Shown: piece by piece, positions 1 through 10,494 of the stretch | Layout: each line of letters opens with the position of its first letter | Position numbering within the stretch: position 1 is the stretch's first letter | Made by a program: the position numbers and the translations under genes | Notes under the pieces: generated by a model | The model's input: the letters and a program-made list of their open reading frames with translations, nothing else | Told to the model about the DNA's origin: nothing | Database searches by the model: none | Assembly: GCA_043803105.1 (NCBI GenBank) | Contig: JAZDKJ010000013.1 | Coordinates: 51,814 to 115,813, forward strand | Length of the DNA stretch: 64,000 nt | Source of the DNA: Candidatus Woesearchaeota archaeon | Lineage (GTDB): Archaea > Nanobdellota > Nanobdellia > Woesearchaeales > JAZDKJ01 | Reading direction: 5' to 3'

Positions 1-602
1 TTTTGTGTGAATTCAAGGACCTTGGTACCTTCCACCTTTACTGTTCCCTTCTCAGAAGGCCTGTTTGAGGTTGTCAGCATTATCGTGGTTATGGCATTGT
101 GCTTCAGATGGTCATTCCAGAGCTCATCAACGTTGATCTTGTCAAAGACCACGTCACCGTAGACGACCAAAAAGCTTGAGTTAATCCTCCCGCGTAGCGC
201 GCGAAGAGATGCAGCAGTGCCGAGAGATTTTTTCTCTTCAACATAATTCACACGAACTCCGTACTCTGTGCCATCCTTGAGAAGATTAAACACATTTGTG
301 AGGACATCATGGCGCGCCACCACATAGACTGTCTTGAAGCCGTTGTCGCGCATCTTCTTTACAGCTCGCTCGATCACAGAATGGCCTTTAAGCATAGCAG
401 TTACCCTATAGGAGCCGTCGGACAATCTCAGCAGTCGCTCATCACCACCTGCCAAGACCACACCAGCCTTGTTCTCACCAAGAGAGATCCGCACCAGGTG
501 CTCAATTGCCTGGCTCCTGTTCCTGATATATATGTTGTCAATGATAGAATCAATATCTTTTAGGGTCTTCTCATTAATGGTAATGCTAATCTTGGCCTTC
601 AT
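1..602 (-). CDS. Ribbon-helix-helix / nucleotidyltransferase-like fusion protein (runs off the window start; not in ORF track)
   Basis: Hand translation from ATG at 602: MKAKISITINEKTLKDIDSIIDNIYIRNRSQAIEHLVRISLG (CopG/NikR-like RHH), then VVLAGGDERL...YVEEKKSLGTAASL...FLVVYGDVVFD (NTP-transferase fold). TATA TTTATATA lies 22 nt upstream. Confidence 0.85.
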   Translation of the reverse strand, partial: MKAKISITINEKTLKDIDSIIDNIYIRNRSQAIEHLVRISLGENKAGVVLAGGDERLLRLSDGSYRVTAMLKGHSVIERAVKKMRDNGFKTVYVVARHDVLTNVFNLLKDGTEYGVRVNYVEEKKSLGTAASLRALRGRINSSFLVVYGDVVFDKINVDELWNDHLKHNAITTIMLTTSNRPSEKGTVKVEGTKVLEFTQ

Positions 603-635
603 GAAAATGAGTGAAAAAGCCTAATATATAAACAT

Positions 636-664
636 ATCGGATAAAGTAGGATAAGAGTAAGATA
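636..664 (+). promoter_or_regulatory. Phased GTARGATA direct repeats between divergent TATA boxes (candidate RHH operator)
   Basis: ATCGGATA at 636, GTAGGATA at 646 and GTAAGATA at 657, between the minus-strand TATA (625-632) and the plus-strand TTTAAG (665-670). Confidence 0.55.
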
Positions 665-703
665 TTTAAGGAGACAGGCTATCCTTTGATGAAGGTGATA
701 CAG

Positions 704-1978
704 ATGAACATAAGCATATCAGGAACTGGCTATGTGGGACTGATACAGGGAGTAGGGCTTGCAAAGCTGGGGAACAAGGTGATGTGCGTTGACATCAACA
801 AGGAAAAGGTTGACGCGATCAATAACAAGAAAGCACCCATATATGAAAAAGGATTATCTGAGCTCATAACAAAACTGGTTCCAAAACAGTTGACTGCTAC
901 CACAAACCTGAAAAAGGCAGTCATGGAAAGCCAGGTAACATTCATCTGCGTAGGAACTCCATCATCAGTGCACGGAGAGATAAGGCTGCACGAAATGGAG
1001 AGAATATGCACAGACATAGGCAAAATTCTCAGGCAGAAAAAACAACCGCATGTGATAGTCGTCAAAAGCACTGTTGTACCGGGCACATGCGAGAAGGTAG
1101 TGATTCCAACACTGGAGAGGGCATCGAAAAAGAAATTTGGAAAGGACTTTGGTGTGGTTATGAATCCTGAATTCCTAAGGGAGGGGTCTGCAATCGAGGA
1201 CTTTTTTCACCCGGACAGGATAGTGCTCGGAAGCTCTGACCAGAAAGCGATCAACACAATCAAGAACCTCTACAAGTGGTTCAAGTGCCCAGTGCTCGAA
1301 ACACGTTTTGGGGAAGCAGAGATGATCAAGTACGCCTCGAATTCGCTTCTGGCAACCAAGATATCATTCATAAATGAGGTAGGCAACATATGCAAGCGGC
1401 TTGGAATAGACACGAACCAGGTTGCTGTAGGGGTGGGGTTGGATTATAGAATAGGCCCTCACTTCCTTAGGTCAGGGATAGGATTTGGGGGAAGTTGCTT
1501 TCCAAAGGATGTAGCAGCATTAGTGCACAAGTCGCTGGAGTTGGGATATCACCCACGAATAATGAGAGCAGCGCTCGATGTCAATAGGGACCAACCCTTA
1601 ACGTTCCTAGAGCTTGTGGAAGAAACACTAGGCACTATCAAAGGGAAAAAAATAGCACTGCTTGGATTGACTTTCAAGGCTGAGACAGACGATGTACGGG
1701 AGAGCCCGTCCCTAACCATAATCAAGGAGCTAATACTGCACCAGGCAGAGCTGTTCCTTTATGACCCAATGGGAATGCCTGCTGTAAAAACACTTTTCCC
1801 TCACTTAAACTATGCAGAAAGCGCACAAGAGGCAGTAAACAAGGCAGAGGTCATATGCATCCTGACAGAATGGCCTGAATTCTCCAAGGTAAACTATGGG
1901 ACCAAACAGGTAATCGATGGGAAAAATGTCTTTGAGAAAGCCAAAAGGCCGAAGAACTATCAAGGAATCTGCTGGTGA
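704..1978 (+). CDS. ugd: UDP-glucose 6-dehydrogenase
   Basis: GTGYVG Rossmann motif, ICVGTP, VKSTVVPG, NPEFLREG, GFGGSCFPKD, FKAETDDVRESP. GGTGA SD at 694-698 favours ATG 704 over the ORF start at 686. Confidence 0.95.
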   Translation: MNISISGTGYVGLIQGVGLAKLGNKVMCVDINKEKVDAINNKKAPIYEKGLSELITKLVPKQLTATTNLKKAVMESQVTFICVGTPSSVHGEIRLHEMERICTDIGKILRQKKQPHVIVVKSTVVPGTCEKVVIPTLERASKKKFGKDFGVVMNPEFLREGSAIEDFFHPDRIVLGSSDQKAINTIKNLYKWFKCPVLETRFGEAEMIKYASNSLLATKISFINEVGNICKRLGIDTNQVAVGVGLDYRIGPHFLRSGIGFGGSCFPKDVAALVHKSLELGYHPRIMRAALDVNRDQPLTFLELVEETLGTIKGKKIALLGLTFKAETDDVRESPSLTIIKELILHQAELFLYDPMGMPAVKTLFPHLNYAESAQEAVNKAEVICILTEWPEFSKVNYGTKQVIDGKNVFEKAKRPKNYQGICW

Positions 1979-3366
1979 ACATGCTCGACCTTAATTCATT
2001 AGAGAGCTACAAGGAGACAGTACTTACAGAACTAGAAAGACAACTCAAAGCATACTTCGGAAGCATAGAAAACCTCTCGATTGAGGAGATAAGGAAGAAA
2101 GTAGTCGAGATAAACACCTACCAAAATATTGGACACCTGAGGAACGCGGAAAACATCAAGGTGCTTGATGACAAGAACACAAGCGAAGCAGAAAAAACCA
2201 TATTAGCAGGAAGGTTTTTCACAGAACACACAGCTGCAGGAGAAGCGACAAGGCTAGGCCTCGGCACAAAATACCTGCTAAAACTAAATGAATTCAGCAT
2301 GCAAAAGATAAGAGCGCTCATCATCAATGAATACCTTGATAACAAACCTGGGAAAAGTGAGGAAGAAGCAGAACTGCAAGCACAAAGGCTTATGGAACTA
2401 ATTGACTTTGAGCCAAACGAACTTGAAGCCATGACTTTAGGCGAGAGGCACATGACCCAGATGGCCTTTGACTTGGTAAAACTCGCAAAAAAACACGGAA
2501 AGCCAGCTGCAGAAGTGCTAGCAAGGCAGAAAATTCTTATGGTGTTAAACGAACAAACTGCAAAAGAGATACTAGATAAATTTGAAAATCATAATTACTA
2601 TGGCTTTCTCAACAAGAATGTCCATTTCATGATCCAGCAAAGCTTCCACGGGATATCAATACAGCAAGGAAAGTTGTCTTATGATGAGGCAAGCCCAAAA
2701 AGATTACACAACCACGGGCAAATGCTGATGCAAAAATGTCATGAAGGCAGCATTTTCGTGCACGGAGAAGAAACAAGGGCTTTAACATTCAAGGAATACC
2801 TGAAAATGCTGCAAGAGATGGAGGATATGCTCTCTTACAATATTGAAGACATTGGTTATCTTGAGAATTCGATTGACCTTGCAAGCCTGCAAGCCAGCCT
2901 TGACCTTGGAAGGCTAGGCTACAACATGGTAATGGAGGTTGTAGCACAAAACCCATACAAACCGCAAAAAGGAGGGGCATGTTTTTTTGATGTCAAGCTA
3001 GGAAAAACAGTGATGGTGGAAACCAACAGGTTGGGGGATATCAAGTACGAGGACATAAAATATCTAAACAAGAACTTCAACCATTATCCTAATCCAGCAA
3101 ACTCTATCTTAGAATTGAAGAAGCAGGGTATTGACCTTCCATTTGAAATCAAAGGACAGCCTAACAACGAATACATCTACCCCTGTCCAATACAAGGGGA
3201 CCTCAACTTCAAAGTCAAAACTGCATTTGTCATGAGAAAGACACTGAAACCAATAGCTAACTTTAAAAGCCCCGCAACCCTACCAGCAACCATGAAAGCA
3301 ATGCAGATGCAGGACAACCAAGATGGGTTCCTTGATTTTCGGGACAGGTTGAGAGAGGGATTATGA
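1975..3366 (+). CDS. Divergent UDPGP/UAP-family (eukaryote-type) UTP-sugar-1-phosphate uridylyltransferase
   Basis: Motifs in the expected order: [36 protein letters not shown]...QKGG, VMVE, YLNKN. Overlaps ugd upstream and uxs downstream by 4 bp each. Confidence 0.6.
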   Translation: MNMLDLNSLESYKETVLTELERQLKAYFGSIENLSIEEIRKKVVEINTYQNIGHLRNAENIKVLDDKNTSEAEKTILAGRFFTEHTAAGEATRLGLGTKYLLKLNEFSMQKIRALIINEYLDNKPGKSEEEAELQAQRLMELIDFEPNELEAMTLGERHMTQMAFDLVKLAKKHGKPAAEVLARQKILMVLNEQTAKEILDKFENHNYYGFLNKNVHFMIQQSFHGISIQQGKLSYDEASPKRLHNHGQMLMQKCHEGSIFVHGEETRALTFKEYLKMLQEMEDMLSYNIEDIGYLENSIDLASLQASLDLGRLGYNMVMEVVAQNPYKPQKGGACFFDVKLGKTVMVETNRLGDIKYEDIKYLNKNFNHYPNPANSILELKKQGIDLPFEIKGQPNNEYIYPCPIQGDLNFKVKTAFVMRKTLKPIANFKSPATLPATMKAMQMQDNQDGFLDFRDRLREGL

Positions 3367-4313
3367 AAGGCTGCGTGCTAATAACTGGCGGAGCAGGATT
3401 TCTGGGAAGCCATCTATGCGAACTAATGCTAAAAAAAGGGTATGAAGTAATATGCATGGACAACCTAATAACAGGAACACTCAAAAACATTGAGGGCTTC
3501 AAAAGCAACAAGAATTTCAGCTTTGTCAAACATGATGTTACTGAACACATCACTGTTGAAGGCGAAATTGAATACATCATGCATTTTGCCAGTCCTGCCT
3601 CGCCGATAGACTACCTGCAAATACCCATACAAACGCTGAAGGCTAATGCACTGGGGACACACAATGCGCTGGGGCTTGCCAAGGCAAAAAAAGCAAGGTT
3701 CCTCTTAGCATCAACCTCAGAGGTTTATGGAGACCCGCAAGTGCATCCACAACCAGAGAGCTATTGGGGGCATGTGAATCCAGTTGGGCCAAGAGGGTCC
3801 TACGATGAGAGCAAAAGATTCGCAGAGGCGCTAACGATGGCCTACCATAGGATACACAAGGTGGATACCCGAATAGTCAGGATATTCAATACTTACGGAC
3901 CACGAATGAGGCCAAATGACGGCAGGGCGATTCCAGCATTTATCAGCCAGGCCTTAAACAACGAACCCTTGACAGTATTTGGCGACGGACAACAGACCAG
4001 AAGCTTCTGCTTTGTGAGCGACCTCTTAGATGGCATTTTTAAGCTGCTGATGTCTGAGATAACAGATCCAGTCAACATTGGCAATCCTACTGAGATGACC
4101 TTAATTGAACTAGCAAAAAAAATAATAGAGCTAGCCAGGAGCAAGAGCACGATAATCCACAAAAGTCTCCCGGTCGATGACCCAAGGGTGAGGCAGCCTG
4201 ACATTACAAAGGCAAGAAAAGAGCTTGGCTGGGAGCCCAAGGTAAGCATAGAAGAAGGGCTGAAGATAACCTTGGACTATTTCAAGAATCTGAACAAACA
4301 GAATATTTTATAA
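3363..4313 (+). CDS. uxs: UDP-glucuronate decarboxylase (UDP-xylose synthase)
   Basis: [70 protein letters not shown]. Confidence 0.92.
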   Translation: MKGCVLITGGAGFLGSHLCELMLKKGYEVICMDNLITGTLKNIEGFKSNKNFSFVKHDVTEHITVEGEIEYIMHFASPASPIDYLQIPIQTLKANALGTHNALGLAKAKKARFLLASTSEVYGDPQVHPQPESYWGHVNPVGPRGSYDESKRFAEALTMAYHRIHKVDTRIVRIFNTYGPRMRPNDGRAIPAFISQALNNEPLTVFGDGQQTRSFCFVSDLLDGIFKLLMSEITDPVNIGNPTEMTLIELAKKIIELARSKSTIIHKSLPVDDPRVRQPDITKARKELGWEPKVSIEEGLKITLDYFKNLNKQNIL

Positions 4314-4337
4314 ATTCTTGGCAAGTCTTAAACAAGC

Positions 4338-5777
4338 ATGGACAATGCGAAGTCACTAGGCAGGGGGGCTCTCTACAATTTTGCTGCAAGAGCTGTACTT
4401 GTTCTTACAGGATATGCGACAGCAGCAGTGCTTGCAAGAAAACTAGGTCCTGAGCAATATGGCATATATGGGGTTGTCACTTCACTTGTTTTTGTTGTCA
4501 CAGTTGTATTAATGACAGGGATAGAACAGACAACATCAAAATTCATATCAGAAAAGCCAAAGGACGCAAAGGCAATAAGTTATCAAATGCTAAAGCTCCA
4601 GATAGGCATAGGAGTTGCGGCAACAATTGCTTACTTCCTGCTCTCAGAACCATTGGCAACAGTCCTAAATGATAAGAGTCTTGTGCCATACATCAGGTAT
4701 ACATCATTGCTGATTATTTTCCAATCACTCTTTTCAGTCTTCACAGGATATTTGAACGGGCTTAAAAAATTCAAGCAGCAATCGTTGCTTAACATCAGCT
4801 ATTCTGTGATAAAGGCAATACTTGTAATAGGTTTTGTGCTGGCTGGGTACTCAGTAGTTGGTGCTTTGGCCGGATTCGTACTTTCTACAGCCATAGGATT
4901 AGGCATCTCGTTTCTTCTTTTCTCACCTGGGAGACATGAGCCAGTAACAACAAACAAGAAAATACTTGGATTTGGAGTGCCGATAGTGCTTTTCAGCAGC
5001 ATAACAATACTACTGATGAACATAGACCTATTCTTTGTCAAGGCACTAAGCCAGGCAAGCCTCGCAAACAGGCTGTCAGGGCTTTACACAGCTGCGCTAC
5101 TTCTCTCGAGAGGGCCGTATTACATCGTTACTGCGATAACGATCACAATATTCCCATTGATATCAGAGTTTGCGTACAGAAAAAAACAAAAAGAATTGGA
5201 GAACTACACCAAGAAATCTCTTGATTACTTACTAATCGCAATAACTTTCATTGTTTTTATAGTTGCCTCAACATCATCAGATGTCATAAGACTGATTTAT
5301 GGAACTGATTATACAACAGCAGGCCCGGCATTAACAATATTGAGCTTTGGGGGAGGGCTTTTTGCAGTATTCCTGTTGTTGGCAACAATAATCTCCGCAA
5401 GCGGAAGACCTAAACACTCATTCCTAATAGGGGCAGGATGCCTGGCAGTAGATTTTGCGCTTAACATGGTGCTTGTGCCAAGATACCAATTGGTTGGGGC
5501 TGCGATAGCAAACACAACATCAATGCTCATAGCAGTTATAGCCGGAATCTACTACATCAAGAAAAAATTTGGAATAGCTGTAATAAGCAGGAGGTCAATA
5601 TTAACAATAATAACTGGGATAATAATCATGGGACTATCAATAGTACTGCCTTTTAGCGGGATTTTACTCATTCTGAAGTATACCTTCCTTGGAATTCTCT
5701 ATGCAGGAATCCTGTATGCCCTGAAAATATTGGATTCAAGAGACCTTGCCTTTGCCAAAAGAATCATCAAAAACTGA
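4338..5777 (+). CDS. Wzx/MOP-family flippase
   Basis: Multi-TM protein with LARKLGPEQYGIY, GLYTAA and LVPRYQLVGAAIA. TATA at 4307-4314. Confidence 0.9.
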   Translation: MDNAKSLGRGALYNFAARAVLVLTGYATAAVLARKLGPEQYGIYGVVTSLVFVVTVVLMTGIEQTTSKFISEKPKDAKAISYQMLKLQIGIGVAATIAYFLLSEPLATVLNDKSLVPYIRYTSLLIIFQSLFSVFTGYLNGLKKFKQQSLLNISYSVIKAILVIGFVLAGYSVVGALAGFVLSTAIGLGISFLLFSPGRHEPVTTNKKILGFGVPIVLFSSITILLMNIDLFFVKALSQASLANRLSGLYTAALLLSRGPYYIVTAITITIFPLISEFAYRKKQKELENYTKKSLDYLLIAITFIVFIVASTSSDVIRLIYGTDYTTAGPALTILSFGGGLFAVFLLLATIISASGRPKHSFLIGAGCLAVDFALNMVLVPRYQLVGAAIANTTSMLIAVIAGIYYIKKKFGIAVISRRSILTIITGIIIMGLSIVLPFSGILLILKYTFLGILYAGILYALKILDSRDLAFAKRIIKN

Positions 5778-6800
5778 ATCTATAACCTTTTCAGCCTGCT
5801 GCCTATCAAGGTTAAGTTTTTCTAAGATGGTATACCTATCAGGCCTTGTCTTTGGAGCATAAAGCAATGCCTTAACCAGCTCATCACGCGAAAAACCAAG
5901 TTCAGAGTAATGTGATGCAGCACCTATCCTTTGGTACAAAGACCTAAAGGTGGAAAGATCCAAGCTATGAAGCTTTGCAGAAACAAAAATGCCAATACCG
6001 ACCTGCTCGCCGTGCAGTGCGCGATTGGGATACAAAAAATCAAGTGAGTGACTTATCTCATGCTCAGCACCGCTGCATGGACGGCTTGAGCCAGCAATAG
6101 CCATTGCAACACCGCTAAGGACAAGGCCTCCGACAAGCTTTTCAAAAAACTCATCAGACAAAAACTCATGCTTGGTTGTATGAAGAAAATAATCTGCATA
6201 AATAGTTGAAAGGGAGGCAGCAATGCTGTCAAAAGTATCCTTGCCATCGTTAAATGCGAGCTTCCAATCCAGGACAGCAGTTATGTTTGACAAAAGGTCA
6301 CATAGCCCAGCGCGAATGTGCCTCAATGGAGCTTTACTTATGATGTCAAGGTCAGCTATCAAACCAATGGGCATCTTTGCAGTGAGACTTTGCGAATGAC
6401 CCTTGTCCATAATCACTGCAATGGGGGAGCAAATACCGTCATGTGCCGGCGAGGTGGGAAAACTCACAAAATCAACTGAAGAGCGTGCAGAAGCAAATTT
6501 TCCAACGTCGATAACGCGACCGCCACCCACTCCAATCACAAGGTCAATTGATAGTTCAGAAATCATTCCAGAGACCATATCAACTGTTGCCCTAGAATTG
6601 TCTGGTACCATGAAATCATAGGCACTGTCAAACTGAAGAGCAATTTCTTTTCCAGCAATCTTGAATGTGGTAGGGTCAGAAAGAACAAGAACATTTTCAA
6701 AGTGAAGATTATTAGTTGTGATGATTTCGGCAACCCGGGCTTTCAGGCCGTGGCCGACCAAAAAAAACCGCGGTATATTAACACTGCGCATGACTATCAC
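5736..6800 (-). CDS. sn-glycerol-1-phosphate dehydrogenase family (EgsA/Gtp1-like)
   Basis: GVGGGRVIDVGK, PTSPAHDGICSP, GSSRPCSGAEHEISH, LHGEQVG. Confidence 0.88.
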   Translation of the reverse strand: MIVMRSVNIPRFFLVGHGLKARVAEIITTNNLHFENVLVLSDPTTFKIAGKEIALQFDSAYDFMVPDNSRATVDMVSGMISELSIDLVIGVGGGRVIDVGKFASARSSVDFVSFPTSPAHDGICSPIAVIMDKGHSQSLTAKMPIGLIADLDIISKAPLRHIRAGLCDLLSNITAVLDWKLAFNDGKDTFDSIAASLSTIYADYFLHTTKHEFLSDEFFEKLVGGLVLSGVAMAIAGSSRPCSGAEHEISHSLDFLYPNRALHGEQVGIGIFVSAKLHSLDLSTFRSLYQRIGAASHYSELGFSRDELVKALLYAPKTRPDRYTILEKLNLDRQQAEKVIDSVFDDSFGKGKVS

Positions 6801-8296
6801 AGATGCGAGACCAGCTCACCAATCTCTCTTACTATCATGTCAGCCCTAATCTCTGATGACTCGTAATCAATCCTGCTTGTCTCACCAGTCTCTACGAGAA
6901 CTGAGAGCATCTTTGAATTCTCTGCAAGCTTGATGTCAGTGTACAGCCGGTCACCAATGACCACAGCATCGGAAAAACTGAGATTATGAGACTTCAGGAC
7001 AGGCTCAATAAAGGACTTATCAGGCTTGCCAAAGGTCTTGTCAGGAAGCCTTTTGGTTGTCAGCTCGATGAGCTTTATGAAAGCACCTATATCAGGGACT
7101 AGGCCTTCATCTGTTGGACACACGATGTCGATATGGGTGGCATAATATGGAAGCCCCTTGGCCACCAGAATGCAAAAAAGTTTCAATTGATCATAAGTTA
7201 ATTCGGTGCTCCAGCAAAGCACCAGGGCTTCAGGGCCTTTTGCAGTCACATCAAAACCCTGCGCCTTGAAATGGTCTTCTACACTACTGTTTGCAATAAG
7301 AAAAATCCCCTTCACCCCAGTTCCCTTAAGAAAACTGATCAGGCTGTCAGAGGAGACAAGAACCTGGTCTTGTGTTATGGGAAGCCCAATATCCTGGAAA
7401 CGCTTGGCATGCTCTGCTGCAGTCTTCGAAGAATTGTTTGTCATCACGTAAAAACTCTTGCCAGATTGCACGAGCTTTTCCAAAAATTCTTTGCTGCCCC
7501 TGATTGGCTTTTTTCCCAGAAGCAGAGTGCCGTCACCATCAATGAAAAAAATCTTCCTATCCTTCAACTCAGCGAAGTGCTCATTAAAGGCAGACTCTGC
7601 CTGCCGAAGGTCATCAAAATTATCGATCTCAACCCATTTTTCCTTGCCTATGGCACATGGAAAGGAAATGAGCTCATGGCGCTTGAAAAGATTCTGAAGC
7701 ATGACCTCAGTCCACTGATTTCTGTCTTTTTGAACCTCGATGATCTTGTGGAGCTCATTTTTTATTACGGCGAGATCATTGACCAAAAACTTGTAGACAT
7801 CGATAGAGCAGCCAAAGGCATCTTGCTTTGGGATCTTCTTTGAGATGTCCACAATGTGGTTATTGGTGTCTACCATCACCTTCATGGACTCATCAATGTA
7901 ATTGCCAACATCAACAGCAATGCACGATTTCTTTTCCAAGAGCATAGCTGAGATAATCTGTGGAGAGAAAACAACATCACCATTCATCAGAAAGATGTCC
8001 TGGTCAAGATAATCCTTGGCCAGATAAAGGGAATACATATTATTGGTAGAGGCATAATCCTTGTTCTCCACAAAAGTCAAACGCAAACCAGGATGATTTT
8101 TTATGCAATAGGATTCAATTTTGGCTGAATTAAAGCCAGTGCAGATGACAATGTCTTTGATATTGTTGGATTCAAGGCTTCTTAGGATGTAGTACAGGAT
8201 TGGTCTTCCGTTTACCTCGACCAAGGCTTTGGGCTTCTCAAGAGTAAGGGGCTTAAGCCTAGAGCCAACCCCAGCAGCCAAAACAATTGCCCTCAA
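6797..8296 (-). CDS. Fusion of a LicC/IPCT-type cytidylyltransferase and a HAD-IIA (NagD-like) hydrolase/phosphotransferase
   Basis: N-terminal half: LAAGVGSRLKPLT..KPKAL, NKDYASTNNMYSL, NGDVVF, WVEIDNFDDL. C-terminal half: IDGDGTL, TNNSSK, GKP, GDRLYTDI, TGE. Confidence 0.88.
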   Translation of the reverse strand: MRAIVLAAGVGSRLKPLTLEKPKALVEVNGRPILYYILRSLESNNIKDIVICTGFNSAKIESYCIKNHPGLRLTFVENKDYASTNNMYSLYLAKDYLDQDIFLMNGDVVFSPQIISAMLLEKKSCIAVDVGNYIDESMKVMVDTNNHIVDISKKIPKQDAFGCSIDVYKFLVNDLAVIKNELHKIIEVQKDRNQWTEVMLQNLFKRHELISFPCAIGKEKWVEIDNFDDLRQAESAFNEHFAELKDRKIFFIDGDGTLLLGKKPIRGSKEFLEKLVQSGKSFYVMTNNSSKTAAEHAKRFQDIGLPITQDQVLVSSDSLISFLKGTGVKGIFLIANSSVEDHFKAQGFDVTAKGPEALVLCWSTELTYDQLKLFCILVAKGLPYYATHIDIVCPTDEGLVPDIGAFIKLIELTTKRLPDKTFGKPDKSFIEPVLKSHNLSFSDAVVIGDRLYTDIKLAENSKMLSVLVETGETSRIDYESSEIRADMIVREIGELVSHL

Positions 8297-8312
8297 CTTG
8301 TCACCCCAAAAT

Positions 8313-9023
8313 TCATCTTTTTGCCGTCAGGCGCCAAAGACGATATGTGAAATAGCTAACGTATGCAAAATAAAACAGAAGCTGGTAGACCCCAACCAAG
8401 ATGAAAAAGATCAGCTTGTGGCCAAAGATGATGCCTACAGTAAGCAAAACATAAATGTTTGTTCTTGTGGGCACTGCCTGCTTGGCAAACCAAGATAACA
8501 CGCTCTTTTTTGAGAACATCATGAACTTGACCTGGTTTCCCTTGGTAATCGGCTTGAAGGTATCACTAAAATAGACAACATCATTTGTTGAGGTGATAAG
8601 CAGCTTGACAACGAGAATCCCTGCAGTGAGTATCAGGATGTAAGGCTCTTGATAACGATAAAAAATCCCAATACCATACCCGGCATAAACGAAAACATCG
8701 ACCCACTTGTCCGCGATAATGCCTTCAATCCACTCGCCAAGGACTGAAAAGCGATTAGTAAGCCTTGCAAGCGCACCGTCAAAATAATCAGCAAACAGGG
8801 CAAGCTGCATGACAATAGCACCGTAGCCGAAATGACCCCTGTACAACAGCAGGCCAGCAACAAGCCCAACAAAAATTCCTGCAACAGTAATCATGTTAGG
8901 AGTAATAAAGGTGTTCCTGATGAGATAAACAAAAGAGAAGCCGATGAATCTGTAAACCTGCTGAAGCAGTTGCAGTTCTTTCTTGTTAGTGATTGACTGC
9001 TTGACAAATTTCTTGAAACTCAT
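8313..9023 (-). CDS. CDP-alcohol phosphotransferase family membrane protein
   Basis: TPNMIT, then DYFDGALARLTNRFSVLGEWIEGIIAD (variant of the family motif). TATA at 9046-9053. Confidence 0.85.
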   Translation of the reverse strand: MSFKKFVKQSITNKKELQLLQQVYRFIGFSFVYLIRNTFITPNMITVAGIFVGLVAGLLLYRGHFGYGAIVMQLALFADYFDGALARLTNRFSVLGEWIEGIIADKWVDVFVYAGYGIGIFYRYQEPYILILTAGILVVKLLITSTNDVVYFSDTFKPITKGNQVKFMMFSKKSVLSWFAKQAVPTRTNIYVLLTVGIIFGHKLIFFILVGVYQLLFYFAYVSYFTYRLWRLTAKR

Positions 9024-9061
9024 ACTAAATCGTCTTTGGCAAATCTATTTAAAACTTTGGG

Positions 9062-10459
9062 TCAACCCTTCCTGAGGTGACGTAAAAGAGTCCAGCCCTT
9101 CTTTCCAACAGACATAACGAACGGCCGGGTCAACCTCGGCTTCCAAACTAGCCAGGCAAGATAACCCACAAAAGAACCAAATTCAACCCTCATAAGGTAC
9201 TTCATGACATACTCTTGGGCTAACTCAAAGGCATTTTGCCGTTCTTGCCTGCTGAAATCAGGGGTCTCAAAAATAGGCTTTGAATCCCACCTACTGGCAT
9301 TATTCAAGTAATTGTCGGGCGAGCCTAGCAGGTTAGCATTCTTTCTTATCCAGGAAAAAAGCTCAGTATTCGGATAGGGAACAGCGTTGTAGAACCTTAT
9401 CTCATCAAACGGGAGAGATAAGGCAAAATCCAAGGTCTTCCTGAAATTCATGAGGTTGTCTCCAGGCATTCCGATGATGAAGAAACCGCTAACATCCTTG
9501 ATTCCGACCTTCTTGGCCAACCGCACAGCATCTTCAGCCATCTTCACTGTAATGCCTTTTTTCATCTTATTCAAGATGCCTTGGTCTGCTGACTCAACAC
9601 CGAAAGCAATAAAGAAGCAGCCCGCGTTCTTCATCTTCCTCAATAAAACCTCATTTACCTTGTCAACCCTTATACCGTTCTTGAGGTCCCACTTTATCCT
9701 TAGCTTTCTTCTGAGTATCTCGTCACAGATGTTCTCTGCCCTTTTCATATCGTAAGTGAAGCAGTCATCAACAAAAGCAAAATAGCAGTAACCTTTCTTG
9801 TACCAGTATTCTATCTCATCAACAACATTTTTTGGGGAGCGTGCGCGGAATTTCATGCCCATGGTGAATCTCATGGTACAGTAGGTACAGGCGTAAGGGC
9901 AACCACGTGAAGTAACCATGGAAATCTTCTTATCCATATATTTATCTAGCTCAAATAGCTCGAATGCAGGAAAAGGAATCTCATCAAGGTTCTCGATCAA
10001 CGGCCTCGGCTTATTAGTGACTATTTTGTTCTTGTCCCTCCAAATCAAGCCTTTAATCTTTGAGCTTTTTTTACCGTTTGCAAGTTCCAGAAGAGTGAAC
10101 TCGCCTTCACCAAGGCAGGCATAATCAGCCAAGGTGTCCTCAAGTATCTTAGCGCCTATTGTGGATGGATGGGGACCACCAACAATCACTTTGTAACCAT
10201 GCCTCTTCACCTTGTTAACAAGCTTGTATATGTTGAGGAACTCCCTGCTGGTCATGGTAATCGCGACAAGGTCTGGCTTGAAGTCAGAAAGACGCTTGAA
10301 GAGGTCTTCGTCAGTATAGTCAAGGCGCATATCAAGCACCTTTACAGTATGGCCATTATGTAGGAGAGTGGATGCAAGATAAGCAGTACCGTTATGCGGG
10401 GAGCTGGGCTTGAGCAGCACATCACCCTTTGAATTTGGTACAACAAAAAAAACACGCAT
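9062..10459 (-). CDS. B12-binding radical SAM protein
   Basis: N-terminal cobalamin-binding domain (GGPHP, GEGE), SRGCPYACTYC, DDCF, GVESAD, FIIGMPG, PYPNT. Confidence 0.92.
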   Translation of the reverse strand: MRVFFVVPNSKGDVLLKPSSPHNGTAYLASTLLHNGHTVKVLDMRLDYTDEDLFKRLSDFKPDLVAITMTSREFLNIYKLVNKVKRHGYKVIVGGPHPSTIGAKILEDTLADYACLGEGEFTLLELANGKKSSKIKGLIWRDKNKIVTNKPRPLIENLDEIPFPAFELFELDKYMDKKISMVTSRGCPYACTYCTMRFTMGMKFRARSPKNVVDEIEYWYKKGYCYFAFVDDCFTYDMKRAENICDEILRRKLRIKWDLKNGIRVDKVNEVLLRKMKNAGCFFIAFGVESADQGILNKMKKGITVKMAEDAVRLAKKVGIKDVSGFFIIGMPGDNLMNFRKTLDFALSLPFDEIRFYNAVPYPNTELFSWIRKNANLLGSPDNYLNNASRWDSKPIFETPDFSRQERQNAFELAQEYVMKYLMRVEFGSFVGYLAWLVWKPRLTRPFVMSVGKKGWTLLRHLRKG

Positions 10460-10494
10460 CTTTTGACAAAACCTCTGAAGTTATTTAAACATTA

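Noticed and set aside
309-563. 84-aa plus-strand ORF
   Set aside because: Antisense shadow of the RHH-nucleotidyltransferase gene (1..602), which has recognisable motifs and a promoter.
5736-6800. Calling this gene egsA as evidence of complete archaeal lipid synthesis
   Set aside because: Its context with the cytidylyltransferase-HAD fusion fits a Gtp-like glycan-decoration role equally well, and no GGGP/DGGGP synthase is in the window.
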